From assembly GCA_965279515.1 (NCBI GenBank), contig CBDIID010000003.1:2304001-2368000 (forward strand): DNA of 64,000 nucleotides, in the 5' to 3' direction. The DNA comes from Turneriella sp. GTDB taxonomy: Bacteria > Spirochaetota > Leptospiria > Turneriellales > Turneriellaceae. The position numbers and the translations under genes were made by a program. Below, piece by piece: positions 48,319-57,543 of the stretch (positions are counted from its first letter, which is position 1; every line of letters starts with the position of its first letter). The notes below the pieces were generated by a model. The model made no database searches. It was not told where the DNA came from and saw only the letters and a list, made by a program, of their open reading frames with translations.

Positions 48319-50868
48319 TCATTTTTCGAGCCTGTTCAGATTCGCCAGAATCAGCAGCAAACGCTTATCTTTTTCAATTTCCAGGGGAAACTTTCTCAAG
48401 TGGCTTATTGCAGCCGCTGGTTTTCTCTCCTGTAAATGGCGCACAACCTGCCGCACAATCATCAAATAATGGTTTTCCGGCAGAGAAGATGTCGCCACGG
48501 CCCGTTCCGTATTCTCATCGAGACCGAACAACCAGGCAATCGTTAACGGAGACGCATTCGCCTTATAAGCTTTTACCAGCGCGGGCAATGCCGTTTTCAT
48601 ATCGGATGCGGTTTCGACCGTGAATATATTCTGAAACTCAATTTTGCCCAGATCCGGCCCCGGAGGGCCAAAACGGGCCGAAACGGCATTCGTCACAGAA
48701 GCCTTTTGGGTTGCGGCGAACCGCTGTAAGAACGGAGCATAGTGTGCAAGTGGTCGGGTATAGTCCTCCTCGATGTAGGCGTGGTTATCGGTCAGCAGCC
48801 GATGCGGAAAATATTCTGTTGCTAAATCAGCCTTCGTGGACACTAGGAGTGAAAATAGCTGTTCCGGCGATGACAGCGCCGTGTCGCGGTAAAACCGCGT
48901 CGTTGCCAGGATCTTGAATTTCTCCTGAAGATTTTGTTTTTGCCCGCCCTGCGCCGCGTAGCCAACCAGAATCAGGTTTGTTTCGGTGCCTGCATAGAGA
49001 TCGCATTCCTGAAAAACAGCACAAAATGTTTTTAGAATCTGCATCGCCGCCGGGCGTGAAATGGAATGGATCGGCACCCAATAGGTAAATGCGCCACCGG
49101 GTCTCAGACGTGATTTAACCAGCTCATAATAATCTGTGGTATACAGATATGAGACGTTGGAATTTGCGGGTGGAGGAGGCTCTCCGGTGATCAAATCATA
49201 ATTTTCGGTCGTTTTGTGCAGAAAATCCCTGGCGCCACCCAGGCTGAAATGAAGCCGGTTATCCCGAAGTGGATCGATACTATTCTCGCGATGGTGAATA
49301 ATCTCCGTAAGCGGTAAAATGTCGCGCGTAACGTCGATGACATCCAACCGCTTGAGTTCTTTGAATTCCAGAAGGGCCTGCGCCGTTAATCCCGTGCCGT
49401 AACCTATATTCAATGCGCGCTCTCCGTTCTCGGCGTATAGCCAGGCGAGATACGACATTAACTTCATGTAGCGCCGGCTCGAAGGCATCGTGCCGGACAT
49501 TGAGTGTGCGTTACTGATCAGACGATGGTAAAGCGGGGTTGCGCCCAGCAGCTTGTCTGTCAACACCCAGAGATCGCGGTTCGTCTCCGAAATGCGCCGT
49601 ATTTTTTCGTGAGGAACCAACTTCGATATATTGCGTGTGATCTGATCATAATACCATTGCGAATCACGCGCCCGGATAAATAAAACTAACATTACAACTA
49701 TGAAAACTAAAATGAAAATGGATTTCAGCGTCCTTTTCCCGATTCTAACCGCTGAGCGCCAAACGCAAAACGCAAGAACCCCGACATAACAGCCGATGAA
49801 AATCTGAAAGGAGATCGTGGTTTTTAGCCATGGCAGCAATAACAGGCCAAATAGAGCGGCCCCGATACAGGCCCCCCAGGAATTTTCAATCAGAACGCGC
49901 CGCGTCGTTGAAAAAGTGTCTGGTCCCGTTAAGAACGCAAAATTGTAGAGGCATGAACCTACTCCGGAAATCCCCAAAAGCAAGAGTACGATAAAGATTT
50001 CGCGCGGCAAAAAAGCCACAGCGGATAGCTTTTGCGCCGTAATGCAAAACACGAGAGCGCCAGCCGCAACGCCAGACGTTACCAGATGATATTTTCCCGC
50101 TAAAAGAGCGGATTTTAGTTTTGAAATACCATAACTGACCGCCGCACCCACGATCATGCTCAGCGCGGTAATTTCAGCACTGATATCCGCCGTATCACGC
50201 AGGTAGATCTGCAAAAGCCGGTAGACGATAGAAATACCACCAAAGAGCAGGAACCCGCCGGCAAAGGCATAACCCCAGGAAAAATTCCGTTCCCCGCCAG
50301 GGGAAGAAATATCTTCGGCACGACTATTTTCGCCCGCCGGCTGGCTCTTGAAGAGCAGTAAAGCTGCGATCATAAATCCGATCGCCGAGAGGGCCACCGT
50401 CAATACGCTCAATGACCAGGCTTTGAAAAAAACTCTTTCGCCTAGAAGCAAGCCCATGGCAGAGCCGCAATAGATCAAGGCATTCAGTCTGGGCGCTGTG
50501 AGGCGTTGGGTAACCGGTAATCTCAGCGACGTCTCAAACAGCAGGGAATATTCCATGCCTGATAAAAAAAAGAAAAGGACAGCCAGCGGAAGAATCCCGT
50601 GATTTGCGAATACTAGAATTATGCAGATGCAAAATTTCAGAACCAATACTAAACCAAACGCACGGCTGGTCCGCATTTGTTCAGGCAAAAAAGGTGTCAA
50701 TGTCATCGCGATCGCAAAAGAAAAAAACTGAGCAACGAGCGTGACCGCAAAGCTCGTAAAATCTATGGGAAATACCAGCCCCAGTTTTCGCAAAATCACC
50801 TGGACATGAACCAAATGAATGAATTGCAGTAAAAAGCTGATAATCCCTATTTGAAATCGACTTTGCAT
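48319..50868 (-). CDS. Polytopic membrane protein fused to spermidine-synthase-like SAM-binding domain
   Basis: Many TM helices, then LNIGYGTGLT, GARDFL, YDLITGEPPPP, LYTTDYY..LRPGG. Confidence 0.82.
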   Translation of the reverse strand: MQSRFQIGIISFLLQFIHLVHVQVILRKLGLVFPIDFTSFAVTLVAQFFSFAIAMTLTPFLPEQMRTSRAFGLVLVLKFCICIILVFANHGILPLAVLFFFLSGMEYSLLFETSLRLPVTQRLTAPRLNALIYCGSAMGLLLGERVFFKAWSLSVLTVALSAIGFMIAALLLFKSQPAGENSRAEDISSPGGERNFSWGYAFAGGFLLFGGISIVYRLLQIYLRDTADISAEITALSMIVGAAVSYGISKLKSALLAGKYHLVTSGVAAGALVFCITAQKLSAVAFLPREIFIVLLLLGISGVGSCLYNFAFLTGPDTFSTTRRVLIENSWGACIGAALFGLLLLPWLKTTISFQIFIGCYVGVLAFCVWRSAVRIGKRTLKSIFILVFIVVMLVLFIRARDSQWYYDQITRNISKLVPHEKIRRISETNRDLWVLTDKLLGATPLYHRLISNAHSMSGTMPSSRRYMKLMSYLAWLYAENGERALNIGYGTGLTAQALLEFKELKRLDVIDVTRDILPLTEIIHHRENSIDPLRDNRLHFSLGGARDFLHKTTENYDLITGEPPPPANSNVSYLYTTDYYELVKSRLRPGGAFTYWVPIHSISRPAAMQILKTFCAVFQECDLYAGTETNLILVGYAAQGGQKQNLQEKFKILATTRFYRDTALSSPEQLFSLLVSTKADLATEYFPHRLLTDNHAYIEEDYTRPLAHYAPFLQRFAATQKASVTNAVSARFGPPGPDLGKIEFQNIFTVETASDMKTALPALVKAYKANASPLTIAWLFGLDENTERAVATSSLPENHYLMIVRQVVRHLQERKPAAAISHLRKFPLEIEKDKRLLLILANLNRLEK

Positions 50869-51001
50869 TCGGTATGCACCGCGATACCGGTATTGCGGAA
50901 CGAGCTTTCAGGTAAATCTTTTTGATCGTGGATTTACCGGTTTTTCGGCATATATATTGAAACTTTCCTTGTCTTTGTGAACTGCAGATATTTCGGGGTC
51001 A

Positions 51002-51586
51002 ATGCGGTATGCTTTCCTTTTGCTTCTGGTGGCTTTTGGGTTCTGCAAAAAGCCGGCAACAGACAAGAACAACAAGCAAGAGCTTCTGAAGACCGAGCTC
51101 CGCAAATTTTTTAGCGTCCCTGTAGACGCGAAATCACCATTAAATGGCATTTTTCGTGTCGATAAAGACAGCCTCATTACCACGACCGAGCAAAAGTACC
51201 TGAACAACTACAAAGCACAACCGGACGAATCATCACTGGAAGTCGTTCGGGGCCGGATGAAGAACACAACGATTTTTTACCGCATCTCTGCGGGAGGTGC
51301 GATCGCCATGGCAACAATTGCTCCCGGAAGCATCGGCGTCAGCGAAGGGTTTATAACAAAACAACCAAAGAAAAATCAGCAAATTACCTGGCTGGGCAAA
51401 CTCAAGAACCGCAAAGGGGAAATTCAGATACGCATTATTCACCCGACGCTGACGCCTATCAATAATTTTGAATACATCGAAGGCGACGTGACGCTCAAAG
51501 CGTCGCGCGAGCGGCGATCCCCCGACGAATTAACCTCGGCCTGTATGGAGACAATTCTGCAAAATACAGGGTTGGCGGAATATTGA
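51002..51586 (+). CDS. Hypothetical lipoprotein
   Basis: MRYAFLLLLVAFGFC signal. Confidence 0.7.
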   Translation: MRYAFLLLLVAFGFCKKPATDKNNKQELLKTELRKFFSVPVDAKSPLNGIFRVDKDSLITTTEQKYLNNYKAQPDESSLEVVRGRMKNTTIFYRISAGGAIAMATIAPGSIGVSEGFITKQPKKNQQITWLGKLKNRKGEIQIRIIHPTLTPINNFEYIEGDVTLKASRERRSPDELTSACMETILQNTGLAEY

Positions 51587-51615
51587 AAGAATCTGAAATC
51601 TTCCGGATGTTTTAG

Positions 51616-53115
51616 ATGCGCCCACTTCTTTCGCTAATTCAGGCGCAGGAACGTCGTAATTATAATCCGTACACGTTCTTTCTGTTCTGTATCTTCACGG
51701 GTTTAATGCGGGGTATACTGGAGATTTTCCTGCATAACATCCAGATTCGAAATACCGAAGTCGTCGGCTTTATTCCGTTCTATATCTCCCTCGGCTTACT
51801 GCTGCGCGAAATACTGGCACTCCTGGGAGGGATCAGTAGGGAAAAAGTTGAAAAATCCCTGATCATGGGAATTTTCCTGGGGTTATTCCCGCCGATATTC
51901 GATCTTTTTCTGCCAGCCCCGGCGCCGGTATTCTACGGCTACTATTTTCTCTGGGATTTCCGGAATATCCCGTGGCTCGGTTATAATCCTTACTTCAATT
52001 TTCCGGCCGGGGAATGCGTCACGATCTGGCTGAGCATCTTATTCTGCGCCCTCTACGTCCATGCCCAAACAGGAAAGATTTTCCGGGCCCTGATGGCTTT
52101 GGCTGCTGCATATCTCATTTTTATTTTTTGCGGCAGCTTGTTTCCTATGCTACTCTTCAGAGTTTCGCAAGGCCTTGCCGCGACAGTCGAAGCTGTGCGT
52201 GCGATAGACTTTGTCAGGCTACAGATGTTCTTACTCCGCCTGTCATTCTGGCAAGCGATACTCGCTCTCGCATTACTCCTGGTTTCGCGGAAAACGCTGC
52301 TCGTGCATACGCTACGCCGCTTGCCGCATGGCCTGCCGTTTATTTGCCTCGCTATTCTTGGCGGAACTTTGGTGAAGGCCTCTACGGAATTTCTAATCAG
52401 CGCAACCTCTGCATTGCTCGCGGTGATTATTCTCGCGATCTGGCAAAACGATCATTTTGATTTCCGCGATGACGGCAACACAGAGCCGCCGGTTGCAAAG
52501 CATGAGTTGCAATCCTGGACGATTGTCACCCTGATCACGCTGCTGTTTCTGTTTTTTCAAAATCAACGCAGCAGCATCTTGCTTTTTGTCGCGCTGGTTG
52601 CATCGACGCTCTACAACTACCCCTTCTACCGGGGCCGAAATCATTTTCCCGCCAATCTGAAAATCGAGGGCATTTGGGGTGTATCGGCATTTCTCGCAGG
52701 TGCCTTGCTCGATCCGGTTGCGGCCCAGGACTTCAGGGTGAAAATAACGGCGCTGCTGATCTTCGGCGGTTGGTCAAGTGTCAGCGTCTGGAAAGACCTT
52801 AAAGACATAGAGAGCGATAAACGCGCGGGGGTCGCAACGGTGTTCACATTGCTGGAAAAACGTGGGTTCCCGCGCACCAAAATCGTCATAGGCGTGAGGT
52901 CGGTGGTAACATTTTTTTTCCTACTGCTTCCGCTGATTGCGTTCGTGACTATCAATGCAACGGCCGGGGCGATTCTCATGGCGACCGCATGCTTACCCGT
53001 CGCGTGCTTATGGCTCGGCGAGGGGAAAAAAGCTTTTCAATGGGGTCTCGTAGCCGTCGCGTTGAATATTCTCGCCGCTGTCGCGCTCGTGCATTTAGGA
53101 ATCTGGAGGGCCTGA
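51616..53115 (+). CDS. UbiA-family prenyltransferase with extra N-terminal membrane domain (paralog A)
   Basis: NDHFDFRDD, YNYPFYRGR, KDLKDIESDKRAGVATV. Confidence 0.78.
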   Translation: MRPLLSLIQAQERRNYNPYTFFLFCIFTGLMRGILEIFLHNIQIRNTEVVGFIPFYISLGLLLREILALLGGISREKVEKSLIMGIFLGLFPPIFDLFLPAPAPVFYGYYFLWDFRNIPWLGYNPYFNFPAGECVTIWLSILFCALYVHAQTGKIFRALMALAAAYLIFIFCGSLFPMLLFRVSQGLAATVEAVRAIDFVRLQMFLLRLSFWQAILALALLLVSRKTLLVHTLRRLPHGLPFICLAILGGTLVKASTEFLISATSALLAVIILAIWQNDHFDFRDDGNTEPPVAKHELQSWTIVTLITLLFLFFQNQRSSILLFVALVASTLYNYPFYRGRNHFPANLKIEGIWGVSAFLAGALLDPVAAQDFRVKITALLIFGGWSSVSVWKDLKDIESDKRAGVATVFTLLEKRGFPRTKIVIGVRSVVTFFFLLLPLIAFVTINATAGAILMATACLPVACLWLGEGKKAFQWGLVAVALNILAAVALVHLGIWRA

Positions 53116-54635
53116 TGATCCGCCCGACAAAAATTCTCTTCGCTTTTTCCTTCATATACCTCATTTCATGCAAAAAGCCCGACACGCAGGATACGTTTGC
53201 CGGACAGGCCTTGGATACCAGCGACAAAGCGTTGGCAGAAGGCCGGGCTCTATCTCAAAAATATTGCACGCAATGCCATATTTTACCCGAGCCTAACCTA
53301 CTCAATCAGGAATCCAACAACTACACCCTGAGCTATATGGGGTTGCTGATGGGATTCGATTCATCGGCAAATTTAATCGAGCCGCTCGAGAAGGCACATT
53401 TTCAGAACCGGTTTCGTCTGCTCAAGGCAACACAAAGAATTCCACAAAAACCAGCCGTTTCCCGGGAAGAATTCCATGCGCTGAGAAATTTTTTCTTAGC
53501 GAAATCACTCATTGATCCATCACCACCCGTTTCCGTCAGCAAAATTTCCGGCACTGTGCCAAACCTGAAGTTTGACGATAAAGTTGTAACGCTGCTCAAG
53601 CGCATCCCCGGTACCGAAAGGATGGCTATCGGTGGTGGAATGACGAACAGCCTTCAGATTTTCGATTCCACTTGGAATATTTTATTGGAAACGTCATTCA
53701 CCAGCCCGCCAGTCGACGTCGTTTATGAGGACAAAACGTATTATGTCGTGACCCTGGGCGACCTGCTGGGCGGCTTAAATAGCCTGAAGAAGGCTGAGCT
53801 CTGGGCTGTCTCCAGTGCTTCGAAGAAGAAATTGCTGAGCGGATTGACGCGCTCCACGCAGGTGTTGCTCCATGACATGAACGGAGATGGGCGCAAGGAT
53901 TTCCTGATCTCTTCTTTCGGCAACCAAGAGGACGGGGAATTAGCGTGGTATGATTTTGAAACCGGAAAGCAAAGAAAACACACGATTACTGAAAATGCAT
54001 CGGTTGTGCGTACTGCTATCCTCTCGAAGCCAGGAAAACATCCGGTGCAGATTGCGGTTTTGAAGGCCGGCGCCCGCGAGCAGTTGATGCTCTACACCAT
54101 AGACCGCCAGAAAACAGAATCAAGGATTCTGGATCAATACCCCCCAAGTTACGGTTCTGTCTGGCTTGAGGCCGCAGACTTGGACGCAGATGGCAACGAC
54201 GAATTACTTGTGCTTAGCGGCGATAATGCAGATTGCGGTCCGCACAATGCCATAAAACCCTACCAGGGTCTGCGCGTTTACAGCATGACCGCGGATGCAG
54301 CCACGCTCAGAGATTTTTATCCCATTCAAGGCGCACTGAGCATGAGCATCAGGCCCCCTTCTTCTGGCCAACCTGTTCAAATTCTGGTATTAGCGTACTA
54401 CGCTGATCTGCGGGCACCTCGTGATGTGGTCATCTTGACCGCCGATGCTACCGGAAAATTCCACGAAAAATCGTATTTTATGAATTCAAGACCGACCGTG
54501 GGTCTATGGCTGAATGCTGCGAATTCGCTTCTCATCGGCAGCGGCAATATTCCGCTGCGTCAGCGCGTGCAGGGATCAACCCAGTTCAGGCAATTCAACG
54601 GACCAGCGCTACAGGAATTCACTATACGCGACTAA
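53115..54635 (+). CDS. Lipoprotein with heme c motif and FG-GAP/VCBS repeats
   Basis: YLISC lipobox; CTQCH; DMNGDGRKD, DLDADGNDE; start reset to ATG 53115. Confidence 0.8.
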   Translation: MIRPTKILFAFSFIYLISCKKPDTQDTFAGQALDTSDKALAEGRALSQKYCTQCHILPEPNLLNQESNNYTLSYMGLLMGFDSSANLIEPLEKAHFQNRFRLLKATQRIPQKPAVSREEFHALRNFFLAKSLIDPSPPVSVSKISGTVPNLKFDDKVVTLLKRIPGTERMAIGGGMTNSLQIFDSTWNILLETSFTSPPVDVVYEDKTYYVVTLGDLLGGLNSLKKAELWAVSSASKKKLLSGLTRSTQVLLHDMNGDGRKDFLISSFGNQEDGELAWYDFETGKQRKHTITENASVVRTAILSKPGKHPVQIAVLKAGAREQLMLYTIDRQKTESRILDQYPPSYGSVWLEAADLDADGNDELLVLSGDNADCGPHNAIKPYQGLRVYSMTADAATLRDFYPIQGALSMSIRPPSSGQPVQILVLAYYADLRAPRDVVILTADATGKFHEKSYFMNSRPTVGLWLNAANSLLIGSGNIPLRQRVQGSTQFRQFNGPALQEFTIRD

Positions 54636-54656
54636 CCTGCGTCGAAAATACGGAGC

Positions 54657-55499
54657 GTGCTCAGCCCCGTTCTGAAGAACATCGCGATCCTGATCACCTA
54701 CGCATGGTTATCTTTATCCTGCAAGGAAGAGAAAATAAATGTCGATCAGAAGCTCGCCGCGACGCGGGAGTATTATGATTCCCCTGGCGTCATCGGCGCT
54801 TTCATGGATCCGGCGGCCTTCGGTCAATACCGGTGGCATGCGACATTTAAGATAAAGACTTTAGAAGGTCAGATACTGGATGAAACTGAATATCTGACCC
54901 GCAATGCGAAATTATCCACAGAGACGCGCATTCTGGATTGGGGCTGCGGAATGGGCTGGTTAGCCGTGCGCCTGGCACAGCAATGCCGGTGCCGGGTGAC
55001 CGGGCTCAACATTTCTGCCGTTCAACTGGAACAGGCAAGAAAATGGGCGCAACAGAATCACGTCGCGCAGTGGGTGAAATTCGACCTGTACGACGGCAAA
55101 AAGCTGCCTTACGAAGACTCGGCTTTTGACGTGATTTTCTCGCAAGAAGCCCTCGTAAACGCTCCCGATAAAGATCTTACCTACCGCGAAATTTTTCGGG
55201 TGTTAAAACCCGGCGGAGAATTTTCTGTTCAGGATTGGTACGCAGACGCAGCAAATAAGCATTGGGCAGATCTCGTTAAACCTATCGACGAAGAGCATAA
55301 ATCTTCACTGGCGACGATGCAAGATACCGCACAAACGCTGAAGCGAATCGGTTTTGAGAGCGTTCAAAATGAGGATATCCGCGAGCTCGCCCCCGGTTCA
55401 CTAGCGCGGGCTTTTCCCAACCAGGTATTCGCGGCTGCTCTGAAAAGCGGGGCTTTTACCGTCGCCTTTACATCCGCAAGAAAACCGCGGCTGCCTTAA
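54657..55499 (+). CDS. Class I SAM methyltransferase with lipoprotein-like signal
   Basis: LSLSC; ILDWGCGMG, VTGLNIS..Q, LPYEDSAFDVIFSQE, RVLKPGG. Confidence 0.85.
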   Translation: MLSPVLKNIAILITYAWLSLSCKEEKINVDQKLAATREYYDSPGVIGAFMDPAAFGQYRWHATFKIKTLEGQILDETEYLTRNAKLSTETRILDWGCGMGWLAVRLAQQCRCRVTGLNISAVQLEQARKWAQQNHVAQWVKFDLYDGKKLPYEDSAFDVIFSQEALVNAPDKDLTYREIFRVLKPGGEFSVQDWYADAANKHWADLVKPIDEEHKSSLATMQDTAQTLKRIGFESVQNEDIRELAPGSLARAFPNQVFAAALKSGAFTVAFTSARKPRLP

Positions 55500-55500
55500 A

Positions 55501-57000
55501 TCAATAACCCGCCGCATAGGCGAACGCAATGAAGTAGCTGGAAATCGCTATCGAAAAATAACGGAAAATCCGCAGACGGGGTGCCCAGTACAATACTGCC
55601 CAAAGCGGCAGAACAGAAAAACCCGCAAAGAGCAGGCCATGTAGAATCGTCTTTCTCGCCAGTAAGAAAAAAACGGGCAAAACGACAATAATCGCAATTT
55701 GAAGTTTGTAAAATCGAACGGCAGTCGAGAGACTTTTAGTTTTCTTCTGCAAAAATGAAATCAGCGTTTTTCGCCCGTCCCGGCGGTCGTTGAGAATATC
55801 TTTTAGATCTTTGAGCGACGATAAATACGCCCAACCAAAAAAAATGAGCACCGTCAGCACTAATGTCGATACCTGAAAGGGATTTATCTTCAAACAAACC
55901 AATGCGCTCCACAGAGCACAGACACCCCAACCGCCTTCGATTTTCTGGCCGCCGAGCGTATAATAACGCATCCGGGTTTCGGGCAGGTTGTAAAGCAGCG
56001 TCAAGACCAGAAAAATCAACTGCGGAAAAAACAGCAAACTGCCTATCCCGTAAAGATAACCGACAAGGATAAACATCAGGACCATAAAAAACCGCACGCT
56101 GTCGGCATACTGCATCCCCATAGTTGAGACGGTGACTAAAGCAGATTTAGCAACCGTTTTCGTATCGTAGAGATCGTTTTGCATGCAGGCAAACAGGAAA
56201 TTAAGCATTACCAGCCCGGGAATGCAAAGCGTCAGTACGCCGTAATTACCCGTAAAGATGAAGGGCGCCGTTGCGATAGCACCGAACGGCATGTAGTGTA
56301 GCACCCTTCTCTGGAGCGCCCTGCGGAAATTTGAATCCGTGATGAGCCATAGCAGAATAATGACAGCAAAATGGGCAAATACATGGTAGCGCGTAGAGGC
56401 GTTGCGCGCGTTGAGCCGCAGCGCGGCATCCAGATTCAGGCCTGCATCGGCTTGGGTGAAAAAATCCGTTAAGCTTTTGGGCAACACAACCAAAAAGAAC
56501 AAGAAGACTCCGTATGCCGCAACACCCGCGGCCAAAATTCTGAGCGGGTTCCGCGTTTCACGGAGGGTGAATACCAGCGTGAGCATGATAATCAACCAGA
56601 CCGCGACCGCTTCGCCGAGCGGAAATCCGCGCATCGGCGCATAGAAAAATGGTGAGAAATAGCTGAAATCCTCATATAAATAATAAGAGTAAGGCAGTAA
56701 CGGCGTGGCCTGAATCCAGAAATTTACCAGATCCACTACGGGCGGCAATAGCCCAACCAACAACCCTAGCCGGGCAAAATTCAAACTTGATCTGCGGGAA
56801 ATTCCCGAAAGCCTGTACAATATCAGATGAAAGCTCAAACCGACGGCCACGTAGTAAAGTGAGTACGCAAAGGGGAGCACACCGTTTAACTTGGCCACTC
56901 CTAAACTGGCCTCCAGAAACCAACGGCCGAAGCCGACAACAACAGCAATGAGAATCAGGGCCGAATAACTGGATTTGCGATGCTGCTGTCGAGTGATCAT
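55501..57000 (-). CDS. UbiA-family prenyltransferase with extra N-terminal membrane domain (paralog B)
   Basis: NDLYD, YNLPETRMR, KIEGGWG, KDLKDILNDRRDGRKTL; same 499-aa length and GL.PP..D / FP.GE motifs as paralog A. Confidence 0.75.
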   Translation of the reverse strand: MITRQQHRKSSYSALILIAVVVGFGRWFLEASLGVAKLNGVLPFAYSLYYVAVGLSFHLILYRLSGISRRSSLNFARLGLLVGLLPPVVDLVNFWIQATPLLPYSYYLYEDFSYFSPFFYAPMRGFPLGEAVAVWLIIMLTLVFTLRETRNPLRILAAGVAAYGVFLFFLVVLPKSLTDFFTQADAGLNLDAALRLNARNASTRYHVFAHFAVIILLWLITDSNFRRALQRRVLHYMPFGAIATAPFIFTGNYGVLTLCIPGLVMLNFLFACMQNDLYDTKTVAKSALVTVSTMGMQYADSVRFFMVLMFILVGYLYGIGSLLFFPQLIFLVLTLLYNLPETRMRYYTLGGQKIEGGWGVCALWSALVCLKINPFQVSTLVLTVLIFFGWAYLSSLKDLKDILNDRRDGRKTLISFLQKKTKSLSTAVRFYKLQIAIIVVLPVFFLLARKTILHGLLFAGFSVLPLWAVLYWAPRLRIFRYFSIAISSYFIAFAYAAGY

Positions 57001-57017
57001 GTTTTCCGCGATCTGTT

Positions 57018-57497
57018 CTATTTCAGTTCGGTGCCGAAAACTGTCAGCACCTTAACCCATGCCAGCATTAATTCCTGGTACGCAGCCCTGGTTTTTTCTT
57101 TTTCCGGATAGGTCTTCATCGCCGTGCGGATATTCGCGGCCAGCTTGTTAACGATCTGAAAAAGCGGCTGGAGATCAGCTCCCAATTGCCTGCCCAAAAG
57201 ATTGGGATTTTCCGCATATTTTTTACTGACCGCCGGATATTTTTTTGCCATCGCCTTGATACCCGTATACAGATCGAGCGTGATATTCGTATTTTCCTGG
57301 ATCAGCTTCAGTAAATCATAATCTTTTTTACTCTGGGTATACTGCGCCAGTTCATCCTTACTTGCCGCGTATTTTGCGTAGGTGCTTTGAATTAATTTGC
57401 GACCTTCTGCAACGACCAGATCTTCTTCGCGCCGGCCATCGGCACATTCAGAAGCAAAAAACGTAATTGCGGCAAACAGGAAAAAGCGAGAACGCAT
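57018..57497 (-). CDS. Hypothetical helical lipoprotein
   Basis: MRSRFFLFAAITFFASEC; downstream of the giant gene. Confidence 0.65.
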   Translation of the reverse strand: MRSRFFLFAAITFFASECADGRREEDLVVAEGRKLIQSTYAKYAASKDELAQYTQSKKDYDLLKLIQENTNITLDLYTGIKAMAKKYPAVSKKYAENPNLLGRQLGADLQPLFQIVNKLAANIRTAMKTYPEKEKTRAAYQELMLAWVKVLTVFGTELK

Positions 57498-57543
57498 ACA
57501 ACGACTGACTTTTCAGACAAAATCAGTCGTCATGCGCTTTTTG

